Assembly (NCBI GenBank): GCA_009914755.4
Contig: CP068257.2
Span: 37,728,001 to 37,792,000, forward strand
Reading direction: 5' to 3'
Length of the DNA: 64,000 nt
DNA from: the human T2T-CHM13v2.0 reference genome, Homo sapiens
Shown: positions 48,422 to 64,000 of the stretch, piece by piece
Position numbering within the stretch: position 1 is the first letter of the stretch
Layout: every line of letters begins with the position of its first letter
Translations under genes and position numbers: made by a program
The notes under the pieces: generated by a model
The model's input: only the letters and a program-made list of their open reading frames with translations
The model's database searches: none
What the model was told of the DNA's origin: nothing

Positions 48422-49750
48422 GTAAGTGTGCTAGAGCGTCAGCCGGGTCATTGGAGTTGGTGACCCCGGCCTCCAGAGCCGTGTCTGCAGATCCAGGGCT
48501 GGGAGTTCGGGCTGTTCCACCTTCAGCTGTCGTGTCGTGTGTCCCTGCCCACATGGAGCTCTAAACACTCTCGGTCTCTAAGTCAGACTAAAAGGAAGCC
48601 TTTCTCTTGAGGAGAGTTGTTAAAGTTTGGGACTTTTTGGCAGATGGACTGTGAAGTAAGTTCTCGGAGAGCTTTCACCATGCCTGCATCCCAGTGTGGT
48701 TTGAAGGGCCTGGTGGGATGAAGCGAGAGGCTTATAGATGACATCAGTTTTTTCTGAGATCTTCAATACTTTTGGCCCTTACTTGTTACCTGGTGTACTT
48801 CATGCACGCTCTCCACCCTCCAGGTAGAGAACCAGCTTTTCCGACTGGAATTGGCTTCTAGCCTCCCTGCCTGGGGCTTAACCCTCATAGCCTCTCCTGG
48901 AGCTGTTGGGCTCTGCTCTGCCCCGAGAGTGCAGTTGTGCTGCCCAGACACCTTTAGCAGCTGCCGTAAATATCCGAGTTGCAGTACCATGTGATCCGGT
49001 AACCAAGGCAAAGGATTCAAGCCCACCCCCAAAAAAGCTTAGTTTGGCAGGGTATATTGAAGGAAATTAATTCTGAGGCACTGTCATTTGCTAAGAGATA
49101 AGTTTCCGCAGACAAAGGAGTTAGGCCAGCAACCCTCTTTCATGTCTCTTCTGAGCGGCCTGTTCAAGCCAGGAAGGGGACAGATGACAATCGAAGGAAT
49201 GCTGTGGGGGGATGGAGGGAAATAAAGCATCCCCCACCATTGAAACTTACACAGGGCTCACCTCTGCGTCCCTTGCTAACACTGGTGTACGTGGGAGAAT
49301 TCACTATTTTTTCCAAGGATGGCTTTCGTCACTAATAAGGTGTGTTGAGCATACAGTCTGGCTACTCAAACGAGATACTCAGTGAGAAAAGCACACCCGT
49401 GTTATGGGAGACTTTGGTTAGTTTATCAGCTAATTTAAATTATGTGTAGATTGTGTTCATCCTAAAACAGTGAAATGCCAGTTCACATAGGAAGGCTCGC
49501 CTACTTGTTGGCAGTGTTCAGACATGCTGCTGAGCTCGTCTTTAATTTGACTTTCTCATTCAAGGTTTCACCAAGGGACATTAGTGGCTGTGCGTGCTCA
49601 TCTGTTGTCTGTGGGGACTGGGTTCCTAGGCTTGAGGTGCTCAGTCTGGAGAGTTTTCCTGGTTTTATTTTCGCATTTCCCTGTCCTCCCTTCTGTGTGG
49701 TCGGTTGTGTGATTGGCAGGCTGCTTTGCTCACCAGAGGTGTCTTTACAG

Positions 49751-49865
49751 GCTGCCCTGATGATCTCACTCATTTGGAAGTATTATTCTGTCCCTGTGGC
49801 TGTCGTGCCGAGTAAATGGATAACCCCTCTAGACCGCCTGGTAGCCTTTCCTACTAGAGTAGCAG
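49751..49865 (+). CDS. GET1: GET1 coding exon 4 (AALMISLIWKYYSVPVAVVPSKWITPLDRLVAFPTRVA + 1 nt)
   Basis: gtctttacag acceptor and G|gtaagaat donor. Confidence 0.92.
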
Positions 49866-50231
49866 GTAAGAATTTTCTGGAAGATGCAGTGGAAGAGTGT
49901 GAATAGGCTTATGTAGAGGTGTGTGGTAGAAGATTAAGTTAGCCTGACATCCTCCTCACCGTCCATTTAGTGAGCGGGGTTTTGTGTCTCAGCCTCACAT
50001 GAGGCTTCCCATGAAGAAACTGAGGTCTGAAAAAGTTACTTCACTTGTCCAGTGTCACCAAAATGTTAAGGAGCAAAGCTAGGATTCAGTCCTAGGTCTG
50101 TTTCCGGGATCCATGCCCAATACGTCAAGTCTGATACCCCATTGAAACACTAGCCGTAGTTCCAAAATTATGTATCTTTTCAATCCCTATTATGGTTGGC
50201 TTCTCTGTAGCACTTGCTGCTCCTGGCTATT

Positions 50232-50535
50232 CTTTTATTTTTTATTTTTTGAGACTGAGTCTCACTCCGTCACCCAGGCTGGAGTCAGTGGTGCGATCTT
50301 GGCTCACTGCAACAACCTCTGCCTCCCAGGTTCAAGCAATTCTTATGCCTCAGCCTCCCAACTAGCTGAAATTACAGGCATGCACTACCACGCCCAGCTA
50401 ATTTTTGTATTTTTAGTAGAGACAGCGTTTCACCATGTTGGCCAGGCTGGTCTCAAACTCCTGACCTTAAGTGATCCTCATGCCTTGGCCTCCCAAAGTA
50501 CTGAGATTACAGGCATGAACCACTATGCCCAGCCA
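50232..50535 (-). mobile_element. Alu SINE
   Basis: Reverse-complement Alu. Confidence 0.9.
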
Positions 50536-50634
50536 CGTTCTTTTATTTTTGAAGATAAATTTTTTTTAGATATTAAAAGTAGTACATGTCACTATAGAAT
50601 GATTAGAAATATAGCTATCAATTAAAAATCCCAG

Positions 50635-50935
50635 CTGGGTGCAGTGGCTCACGCCTGTAATCCTAGCACTTTGGGAGGCCAAGGTGGGCGGATTGCCTGA
50701 GCTCAGGAGTTTGAGACCAGCCTGGCCAACATGGTGAAACCCTATCTCTACTAAAATACAAAAAATTAGCTGGGCATGGTGGTGCGTGCCTGTAATTCCA
50801 GCTACTTGGGAGGCTGAGGTGTGAGAATCACTTGAATCCGAGAGGTTGCAGTGAGCTGAGATCACGCCAGTGTACCCCAGCCTGGGTGACAGAGTGAGAA
50901 TCTGTGTCAAATAAAATAAAATAAATAAAAAATAA
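50635..50935 (+). mobile_element. Alu SINE
   Basis: cagctgggtgcagtggctcacgcctgtaatcctagc... Confidence 0.9.
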
Positions 50936-51059
50936 GATTCCTATTAGCTTTTAATGCTGTGATATGTTTTTCTTTGCCTTTTTTTCCCCATTTATTTTGA
51001 TATAGTTAAGGTCACCTGGCACATCACATGTTGTGCCTCCTTTTTACTTTATAGGGTAA

Positions 51060-51440
51060 GCCTATTCCCACATGTTTTAGTTTGTTAGGGTTAAGTGAAA
51101 TACTATAAACTGGGTAGCTCATAAACAACAGAAATTTATTTCTCACTGTTCCGGAGGCTGGGGAGTCCAAAATCAAGGTGCCGGCAGATTTGGTGTCTGA
51201 TGATGGCCCATTTTCCAGTTCATGGATGGTGTCTTCTCACTATGTCCTTGCATGGTGGAAGGACAAGCTCCTTTAGGCCTCTTTTATAAGGGCACTAATC
51301 CCATTCACACGGACTCTGCCCTTGTGACTTAATCACCTCCCATAAGGCCCCAATTCTTAATGCCATCACTGTGGGGGGTAGCATATTAGCATATGAATTT
51401 TAGGGGGATACAAACATTCAGACCATAGCACCATATCAGT
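51060..51440. mobile_element. Ancient LTR-type interspersed repeat (MaLR/ERVL-like, family not determined)
   Basis: Characteristic string ...aactgggtagctcataaacaacagaaatttatttctcactgttccggaggctggggagtccaaaatcaaggtgccggcag...ataagggcactaatcccattcacac...ttaatcacctcccataaggccc...gaattttagggggatacaaacattcagaccatagca, common to a mammalian LTR repeat family. Confidence 0.55.
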
Positions 51441-51459
51441 ACATTTCTTTTCTTTTTTT

Positions 51460-51756
51460 TCTTCTCTTTTCTTTTTGAGGCAGGGTCTTGCTCTGTTGCC
51501 CAGGCTGGCAGTGGCACCCTCATAGCTCACTACAGCCTGGAACTCCTTGGCTCAAGCGGTCCTCCCACCTTAGTCTCCTGAATAGTTAGGATCACAGTTG
51601 CACACCACCATGCCCAGCTAATTAAAAAAAAAAGTTTTTTATAGAGATGGGGTCTTGCTTTGTTGCTTAGGTTGGTCCCAAACTCCTGGCATCAAGCAAT
51701 CCTCCCTCCTCAGCCTCTCAAAGTGCTGGGATTATAGGTGTGTCACCTTGCCTGGC
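51460..51756 (-). mobile_element. Alu SINE (AluJ-like)
   Basis: Reverse-complement Alu. Confidence 0.85.
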
Positions 51757-51950
51757 AAATTTCTTTATTAAGGAATTTTCAGTAGCTGTTCTTCATTTAG
51801 ATATCTCATTTGCAGATTTTCCTGATGAAGGATATTTATTCCGGTCCTGATTTTTTGCTATTAAAGATAATGCTGCAGCACACATACTTGCTGGTCTTTG
51901 GTTGTGATTTGTGATTATGTTAGAGGTGAATACTGTATCAAAAGGAATGA

Positions 51951-52250
<300 letters not shown>

Positions 52251-52698
52251 GAATGGCTGTTTCAAAGACTCCCAATTTAGCTACCACCCCTGTCCCCTTC
52301 CCCACCCTTTCCTTCCCCTCTCCTTTGTTTGACACAGCTGGGCCTAGGCCAGGAGCTCTGCACTGCGGCCAGAGAAGCATCCAGCCACCCTTCCATGCAT
52401 CCAGCAGGTCCATGGGTCACTCTTGCAGCCTGTCTTCCTGGACAGGGGGATATGTATGCCTCTCCATTATTGGTGGGGCAAGAAAGGCATAGGTAGACAT
52501 TGCTTTGTTTATAATGCTTTCTGAGAAAGGAAAAATAAATAATCTTACAGGTTTGGTTTTGGAATCTATTAATATCATAAATAGTAATGCACATCTCTCT
52601 GGCAGGAAAGGGAAATTCAGCCCAGGGTCCACCGTTCACTGCAATTCCTGCTTAGTAAAGAATACAGCCCTATGATTCTATAGAAAGTGACAAATTCG

Positions 52699-53324
<626 letters not shown>

Positions 53325-53460
53325 TCACTTCAGCCCAGCACTGCTCAAAAAGAATGGAAATACTCTCTTTGCTGTGAGTTAAAGACAGCAGAGACAGATG
53401 GGGGCAGCACTGCTGGTATGCGCTCTCATGGTGAATGTCTTTGTTTTCAGGTGGTGTTGG

Positions 53461-53534
53461 AATTACCTGTTGGATTTTAGTCTGTAACAAAGTTGTCGCT
53501 ATTGTGCTTCATCCGTTCAGCTGAACAGGAGGAT
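53461..53534 (+). CDS. GET1: GET1 coding exon 5 (GVGITCWILVCNKVVAIVLHPFS, stop TGA at 53532-53534)
   Basis: ttgttttcag acceptor. The five exons total 525 nt, giving 174 aa plus stop, identical to the WRB/GET1 protein as I recall it. Confidence 0.92.
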
Positions 53535-55150
53535 GGATACAGCCGCGAGGCTAAAAAACGGATTTCCTCTTCCTAGCTTAAAATCTGATTTACACTGTTT
53601 TGTTTTTTAAGAAACAAAAGTGCATAGTTTAGATTTTTTTTTTGTTGAATATGTTTGTTCTTGGACTTTATGAGAGAGTCTTATAAGAATCACGATTTTC
53701 TACACCTGTCATTGAGCCAAGAAAGTCCAGTTTATGACACGTATGTACTAGTGAACACCGTCCTCGATCTGTACGAAATGTGAAATGTTTAGGGACATCT
53801 CCATGCTGTCACTTGTGATTTGCCCTCTTATGTATTTTGGTCATATTGCCAACTGGAAAGTCAAAATTTTCTAACAACTTTAAGTAAGTTCTTTGAAGAC
53901 TTAGTGCTGTTTTTAATCCAGTTTAGAAAGTAACTTAATTTTAATACCACTACTAAAAATTCGAAAATTTCTTCTTTAATCACATTCAATATGGTTAAAA
54001 GAACAACACTAATTGACATTGCGTGGGCTTTTTCTCCCTTTGTTTAAAATGTCATTTGTTGAGCAAGAGTTGTATAGTATTATCTACTTACTTGAGGCTG
54101 TTAATTTTTCATTACAGTGTTTTGTAAATGTATCCACGAGACCATGATGCATTGTTTTGTGCTCAACTTGTGTTTTGTATTTAAAGCATTTTGAATGAAG
54201 TGTATTTTATAAGCATTTAATATTTATGCTCTTTAGAATGGAACACAGAAAACAAACCTTATAAGTCCTGATTAATCTGAACCAATAACCTGTGTGGCCT
54301 ACAAAGTATAATTCTATTAAATGTTCCTTAAAACACTTTTTTCTAATTAAAATCTTTGCAAATGCTTGTGTAACTTCCTGCCTTACAGCTACTTGTTTGC
54401 TGTGAGCCACCCGCAACTGACAAGTGGCTGTTAACTGAGTCACCATATCCCAGTAAAGCTGAATTTTCTCACTAGTTTCTGCAAGTTCATATTTGTACTC
54501 TTTTGTTTCCTAATGATCTAATAAGTAGTTTGTTGTTATTTTAGCTGATTGGACTGTGAGAAGACAAAGTGCTGTGGTCCTTTATTTATTGTCATGCTGA
54601 AGGCCACCACAGCAGCTTTTGGGTTCCACTTACTCAAACACACATGCACGCAGGCTTACCCAGCACCAAGTTTACTTAGCTTTAAGAAAGGACAGAGCAG
54701 GGAACGCAGCCACAGCCTGGTGGAGGAACTGGACACCAGCTTCCAGTGTCCGTCACCACACGGGATACATTTTGCCCACAAAGGATGAGAAGCCAACCTG
54801 GGGAGGAGATGAGAGTAGCACACGGAAGCTGCAGGAACTAGTCCTTCAGACGAAATATAGCACCAAGGGGGCACGTGCCTAACTCCCGTTTTAGTAAGCT
54901 GCAGGCAGAAATGATGGTGGACAGTCAACAGTGCACCGGCCATGTAGAGCGTGCCCAGGGAACTGCTGGGATCACTCATCCGCATACAGTGTCCATGATG
55001 ATACCCGTATCTCTTAAAGATATTCTCATTCAGTTGTTACAAGAATTTTGACAAATCTCACTGAGGCTAGAGGTAAAAATTTCTGGTTCACAGCTATTAA
55101 CTTTCCCCATGCGTGAATAGTTTGTGATGATTAAATAGGGGAAATGTAAA
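53535..55150 (+). other. GET1: GET1 3' UTR (extent uncertain)
   Basis: Non-repetitive AT-rich sequence after the stop codon. ATTAAA hexamers sit at about 54318, 54346 and 55121. No transcript data, so the poly-A site was not determined. Confidence 0.4.
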
Positions 55151-55196
55151 TGTCCTTTATGTTTCACATTATTGTGTTTTTTTAGAAATTATACAG

Positions 55197-55642
<446 letters not shown>

Positions 55643-56002
55643 TGATGAACACGGTGATGAATTCAGAAGATAGAGAAAGAGCTACAGTAAATGTGCATCT
55701 TACGACTCTTGTCCCCCAATTTCCCAAAGTTTTCCTCTGTTAACAGTTTTTTATGATTCTGCCAGTGATATTCCATGCATTTATGAATATTCATGCATGT
55801 GCTTTTAAGACATGTTTTAAAGGTATAAAAATAATACCTAAAAAGACAAAAGTAGTACCTATTTACTGTTTTTTTTTAAAAATGGAACTTGGGAAGTACA
55901 GAAAAGCAGCAAGGAAGAAAAACCTATGACTCCATAGAACTAGGGTGACTGGCGTTAGCATCTGTGCTTTTGTTTTTTGCATATATGTGTGTATAATGTT
56001 GA

Positions 56003-56320
<318 letters not shown>

Positions 56321-56496
56321 TGGGTTTTTGTTTTTATTTTAAAAATACTGGATATATTTTATAGCTTCACGTGAAAGCAGGTATCTCTTTGATTTAAAAT
56401 ACATCTAAAGCTCTCTTCATACCGATTTTGTCATAAATTTATGGTAAATCAAGCAGGGAAATTTTTAAATATACAAATCCATAATCTTTTTTTAAT

Positions 56497-56604
56497 TTTT
56501 TTTTTTTTTTTAAGTAGAGACAGGGTCTCACTATGTTGCCCAGGCTGGTCTCAAACTCTTGGGCTCAAGTGCTGGGATTACAGGTGTGAGCCACCATGCC
56601 CAGC
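56497..56604 (-). mobile_element. Alu fragment
   Basis: T-run, aagtagagacagggtctcactatgttgcccaggctggtctcaaactcttgggctcaagtgctgggattacaggtgtgagccaccatgcccagcc. Confidence 0.7.
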
Positions 56605-56745
56605 CCATAATCAATTTTTATTCATTTTATGTGCTGTTGCCACCATAAGGGGCTGGAATGCTAGGCAAACTGGTTTACTGTCCCCTGACCTGGGGGGGCT
56701 CTCTGGCCTTCCATAGTTTTTCTTACACAGTGCATCATGGGAGAG

Positions 56746-56765
56746 GTGTGTGTGTGTGTGTGTGC
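56746..56765. repeat. (TG)n microsatellite
   Basis: gtgtgtgtgtgtgtgtgtgtg. Confidence 0.9.
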
Positions 56766-57494
56766 ACGCGCACGTGCTGACAGCCCCCCGGAACCGGAGC
56801 TTTAGACTTAAAGCTTTCTCCCTTATGGTGGTGGTTTCCTTTCTTTCCCATCCTCATCTGAGCATTTAAAATACTATCTGTATGACTGATTTGTTGTGTC
56901 TGCTGTTGTGGTTTTGTTTCTCTTGTTGTAGATCCTTGTTTTGTGTGTGATAAAAGGTTATTTCAGTGATGACGCAAGTGCCTTTAGGGCCAGAGACTAT
57001 TCCTTGAGCTTTTCTGTACTCCTCCTGCATGCCTTCAGTCAGTACCCAAGAGTATTTAACTCACAATCACATAATGGTTTTCCACTAGAGCCGTGTATGG
57101 AGTCTGTTTTCTTTGCAGTTGAAATGTTAGCAATTAACAACCGTCAGGAGAATTTTCTAAGTGCTGCTCTCTTATAAGGCCTGCGGTATGGAGCACTTTG
57201 ATGACATCTCAGATTCAAAGCCATGTGTGACTGGTTTGAACACCATTGGAATCCCAGGCCAGGCAGCTCATCCTGTCTCTGGACCCAGGGTTCTTGTGTG
57301 GGTCGGCTTTCCTGCATGCATCTTTGGGTTCTAATGCGTATCAATCTATTGACACGCAGAGTGCTGACTCTTACTAGTGAATTCAATCATAAATAGCATG
57401 AATATTGTGTAGTTTTAGCCAATATTGTGGGAAAGGATATTGGACTCTAAAGGGTAGGGTAATCATTCCTTTATGTTGGCCAAATTCTTTTCCT

Positions 57495-57935
57495 GTATTT
57501 TTTTTTTTTTAGAGACAGGGTCTCATTCTGTCACCCAGGCTGGAGTGCAGTGACATGATCATAGCTCACTACAACCTCGTGCTCCTGGTCTCAAGTGATC
57601 CTCCAGCCTTGGCCTCCTGAGTAGCTGGGATTACAGGCATGCGCCACCATGCCTGGCTGTTTCTCATTTTTTATTTTTGTAGAGAGGAGGGTCTGACTGT
57701 GTTCCCAGGTTGGTCTCGAACTCCTGGACTCAAGTAATCCTCCTGCCTCAGCCTGCTAAGTAGGTGGGACAATAGGTGTGTACCACAACTTTGGACTAAT
57801 TTTTAAATTTTTGTAGAGACGGGGTCTTGCTATGTTGCCCAGGCTGGTTTCAAACTCCTGGCCTTAAGTGATCTTCTGCCTCAGCTTCCCAGAGTGCTGT
57901 GATTACAGGTGTGAGCCACTGTGTCCAGCCATTTT
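57495..57935 (-). mobile_element. Compound Alu-derived cluster (one Alu plus an additional monomer/partial copy)
   Basis: Three successive Alu-monomer-like blocks in the same orientation. Confidence 0.75.
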
Positions 57936-58689
57936 TCCTGAGTCTTTTTAAAAAATAGTTTTTATTAAATATTGAGAGGTATAAAATATTTAAAATATGT
58001 AAATTTTAAAGAATAAAAATACAATACAAATCTTTGTATCTTTCACCCAAGTTTTAGAAGAACCTTTGCGATCCCCACTGAGTAAAGGTAACACCACTGC
58101 TCTGAATTTTATCATTTCCTATTCGTCAGAGTTGTATCACATACTTGAATCTGTAAAAATACATTGTTTGGTTTCTCATGCTTTTCAGCACGCAGACATG
58201 TCTGTTTTTTTGCGCTTCACTTTACTGTGCTCTGTAGAGACTATATTTTTCACAAATTGAAGGTCTGTGGCAACCCTGCATCGAGCAAGTCTGTCAGCGC
58301 CGTTTATCCACAGCATGTGCTCACTTTGTGTGTGTGTGTCACGTTTTGGTAGTTCTCATAACATCTCATATTTTTTCGTTATTATATGTTATGGTGGTCT
58401 GTGATCAGTGATCTTTGATGTTACTACTGTAATTGTTTTGGGGCATCAAGAACTACACCCGTATGAGGCAGCAGATTTAATGTATAAATGTGTGTGTGCT
58501 GACTGCACCACTGACTTGGCCATTCCCGTCTCTCCCCCTTCCCCAGGGCTCCCTATTCCTTAAGACACAAAAATGTTGAAATTAGGGCAACATTGGCCCC
58601 TAATTTCAATAATAATGATGACCTCTAAATGTTCAAGTGCAAGGAAGAGTTGCGTGTCTTTCGTGCTAGCTTTTATTTTATTTAATTAA

Positions 58690-58977
<288 letters not shown>

Positions 58978-59916
58978 TGTAAAGAGTCTGAGTTCTTTAC
59001 TTACAATCTTTTAGTTCACTGAGCTGGAGACCCCAGGGAGGTCCCAGCATTGTATGGAAAACGGACCCCCTAACTTGGGCTGCCTGGGTTTTGTCCTCAG
59101 GAGGAGTCTGTGTTGCTCAGACATATTCGGCAAATGCCCTTTAGGCAGAAGCTTACTTTAGTGCTTTGCTTACTTATCTCCTTGGGTGCCTAATTTCTTT
59201 TCGTGTTTACCAGCTGAGCAGCTGATTTAGAAACGTTTTCTATAGTTGGTACAGCATTTTTAGCTTTTGTTACAGCAAGAGTGTTGGAGTACCTTCTCTC
59301 TCAGAGCTCAGGAAATGGATTTGTTTTTAAAAATCTTTTTTCCATGATCGTAAAGTTATGTTCATCATAGCAAACATGCGAAAGAAAGCCAGAGTAGAAA
59401 ACACTAAAAGTAAATTAAAAATTGGCCCCAATCTCATAATACTCAGAGATAAAAAGTTAGCATGTTAATCTGTTACCCTCTAACTTTTTTATTCATACAG
59501 TTAAGATGACTAGACAACAACAGGCTTAGATTGTATTTTTATTAAATTAGTTCTCTACACTTCTAAATATAGCTCTGATTTAATATCACGATGTGTGCTT
59601 TCATTGTGGGTGGGCATAAGAAAAGATCCCTTGGAAAATCCTCTGTCTGCTATGAAGCTGGAGTAGACACTGTCATGTTACTCAGCATACCATTTCCAGG
59701 AGTCCTTTTAATACATTTCTCCGGAATTGAGGCCACTATGTCATCTCACTTAATTTGCGTATTTCCCCTTATGAGCCTGTGAGAGCTCTCCCTCCCTGCC
59801 TCCCTTACTCCTTCCGTCCTCTTCTTTTCTATGTTATTCCACCTTGCTTTTCATAAACGATCAAAGCATATGCCAATTGTAGTATTTATCTCATCTTTGG
59901 TTTTATTATTTTTTAA

Positions 59917-60710
<794 letters not shown>

Positions 60711-61047
60711 TAAACAAGTTGCCCTTATAACTAAATGAAGTAAGCTAAATAAAGTGAGGCTGGGAGTATAGCCTCCTTTTTACAGTCCTAATTTAAAATA
60801 TCCTAAGTTTAGTAAATATATTAGTTAGGACTGAGCAGCTAGCTCGAATAAACACCAGCAGGGCCATGGTACTGTTTTATGGTTTTTAGAACAAGGTTAA
60901 CAGAAAAATGGTCAACATACAGGTATGCAACAAATCTCAATAAATGATACTGGATCTCAGGTGTACACAAGGAAAGCATCACCCACAAAGGCAGGACATT
61001 GGATACCCAGGTTAGCTGAATAAGAGAAACTCAAAAATGATTTTCAT

Positions 61048-61358
61048 GGCTGGGCACGGTGGCTCACGCCTGTCATTCCCAGCACTTTGGGAGGCTGAGG
61101 TGGGCAGATCACCTGAGGTCAGGAGTTCAAGACCAGCCTGGCTAACATGGCAAAACCATTTTTAGTCTCTAATAAAAATAGAAAAATTAGCTGGGTGTGG
61201 TGGTGCATGCCTGTAATCCCAGCTACTCTGTAGGCTGAGACACGAGAATCGCTTGAACCCCGGCAGGGCGGAGGTTGCAGTGAGCCAAGATTGTTATCAC
61301 TGCACTCCAGCCTGGGTGACACACTGAGACACTGTCAAAAAAAAAAAAAAAAAAAAGA
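61048..61358 (+). mobile_element. Alu SINE
   Basis: ggctgggcacggtggctcacgcctgtcattcccagc...A21. Confidence 0.9.
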
Positions 61359-61424
61359 TTTTCATGAAACTAAGCTTGGTAATCACTATATATATACACA
61401 CATACATACATATATGTATTTTTT

Positions 61425-61718
61425 TTTTTTTTTGAGATGGAGTCTCGCTCTGTCACCCAGGCTAGGGTGCAGTGGTGTTATTTTGGTTCACTGCAGCCTC
61501 TGCCTCCTGGGGTTCCAGCGATTCTCCTGCCTCAGCCTCCTGGGTAGCTGCCATTACAGGCATGTGCCACCACACCCAGCTGATTTTTTGTATTTTTAGT
61601 AGAGACAGGGTTTCACCATGTTGGCCAGGCTGGTCTCAAACTCCTAACCTCAGGTGATCCACCTACCTCGGTCTCCCAAAGTGTTGGGATTACTGGCGTG
61701 AGCCATGGCACCCAGCCT
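61425..61718 (-). mobile_element. Alu SINE
   Basis: Reverse-complement Alu. Confidence 0.9.
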
Positions 61719-61791
61719 ATTTTTTTTTTTTAGTAAAAAGAGTCTTTTGATCATATTGTTCCCTTTCAAAGCTGCTGCCACATTTTGTTTT

Positions 61792-62079
61792 TATTTTTTG
61801 AGACACGGTCTCACTCCGATTGCCCAAGCTAGAGTGCAGTGGCACGATCATGCTCACTGAAGCCTCGACCTGGGCACAAGTGATTCTTTGACCTCAGCCT
61901 CCCAAGTAGCTGGGACTACAGGCACACACCACCACACCTGGCTAATTCTTATAATTTTTGTAGAGACGGGGTTGTACCATGTTGGCCAGGCTGGTCTTAA
62001 ACTCCTGGACTCAAGTGATCCTCCCACCTTGGCCTCCTAAAATGCTGGGATTACAGGCAAGAACCACTGCATCTGGCCT
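61792..62079 (-). mobile_element. Alu SINE (AluJ-like)
   Basis: Reverse-complement Alu. Confidence 0.85.
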
Positions 62080-62466
62080 GCTTCCATGTTTTTAAGTTAC
62101 AATTCAACTCTATTGCTGATAAATTTTGTTGTGTAGGAGATGCATGTCTTGGGTTGACTAACTTAAGAGTTACTAGCTATGGAGTCCCACAGAATACTAA
62201 AACCATATAGTAAACCAGTCTTCCAGAAGATAATGGATGTTTCAGTTGTAAAGATGTAAATTTGTATTTGAAGTGTTATCATTGGCTAATATAAAATAGA
62301 TTTTTTACTAGATTAGCAATCAAACAAAAATTTAATTATCGAAAGTCAATTAAGTACTAAAACACACACATACATACACTCCCTCTCTCACACATTTCAA
62401 AAATAAGATGCAAGGCACATAAGCAGCATTATATCAAACCAGAATGCATTAGGATATTGATTATAT

Positions 62467-63219
<753 letters not shown>

Positions 63220-63417
63220 TTAGTGCTGTTTAAAATGAATGGATCTCTATTTCAAGATGGCATGTCTAGTACACTTACGTGCACCGCCTCACAAGCACAC
63301 TGAAATGACAGAAAAGGTAAGAAAATAGATGCATAGACAAAAGATTACAGAGAAAGGTGCTATTAACAAATGTGTTATGTTACAGTTTCTTGGAACTTCC
63401 CAAGCAGATGGGAATTA

Positions 63418-63850
<433 letters not shown>

Positions 63851-64000
63851 ACAGAACAGGACACAATGAGAACATTTTTCATCCATCCAACTGGCAAATA
63901 ATTTCTAGAGCTGGTGAGAAGATGGGGAAATTGGAATGTTTGGTCCCCACTGGTGGGTGTGTTGTTGGTACAGCATTTTTGGATGGCAATTTGGCAGTAT

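Overview
This window is human genomic DNA from chr21q22.2, not a prokaryotic locus, and it holds nothing I can support as an undescribed biological system; it is an ordinary Alu-rich intergenic/intronic landscape. I recognise three genes by translating exons and checking splice sites by eye. (1) HMGN1 on the minus strand: coding exons 1-5 at 5477-5491, 5119-5151, 4996-5025, 4866-4913 and 1717-1845, inside a CpG-island promoter spanning about 4790-6260. The terminal exon 6 lies just upstream of the window start. (2) GET1 (WRB) on the plus strand: the complete 174-aa CDS in five exons (36971-37072, 47283-47448, 48354-48421, 49751-49865, 53461-53534), with a CpG-island promoter at about 36650-37250. 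(3) The terminal coding exon of LCA5L on the minus strand, convergent with GET1, at about 62467-63188. Roughly half of the remaining sequence is Alu (about 80 copies or fragments), plus old L1 fragments, an Hsmar1 mariner remnant, a MaLR LTR fragment, a gamma-retrovirus-like ERV env/LTR remnant, microsatellites and one GC-rich 55-bp minisatellite. The observations worth a second look are: a CpG-rich 55-bp tandem repeat in GET1 intron 1 that may be the reported WRB imprinted DMR / alternative promoter; an intronic CpG cluster carrying a perfect NRF1 palindrome; a perfect 26-bp tandem duplication in the HMGN1 5' UTR; a tiny uORF in the GET1 leader; (GU)n directly downstream of the HMGN1 exon-5 donor; and several old tandem duplications involving Alus. 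Repeat boundaries are approximate (about +/-10 bp) because no alignment tool was available.
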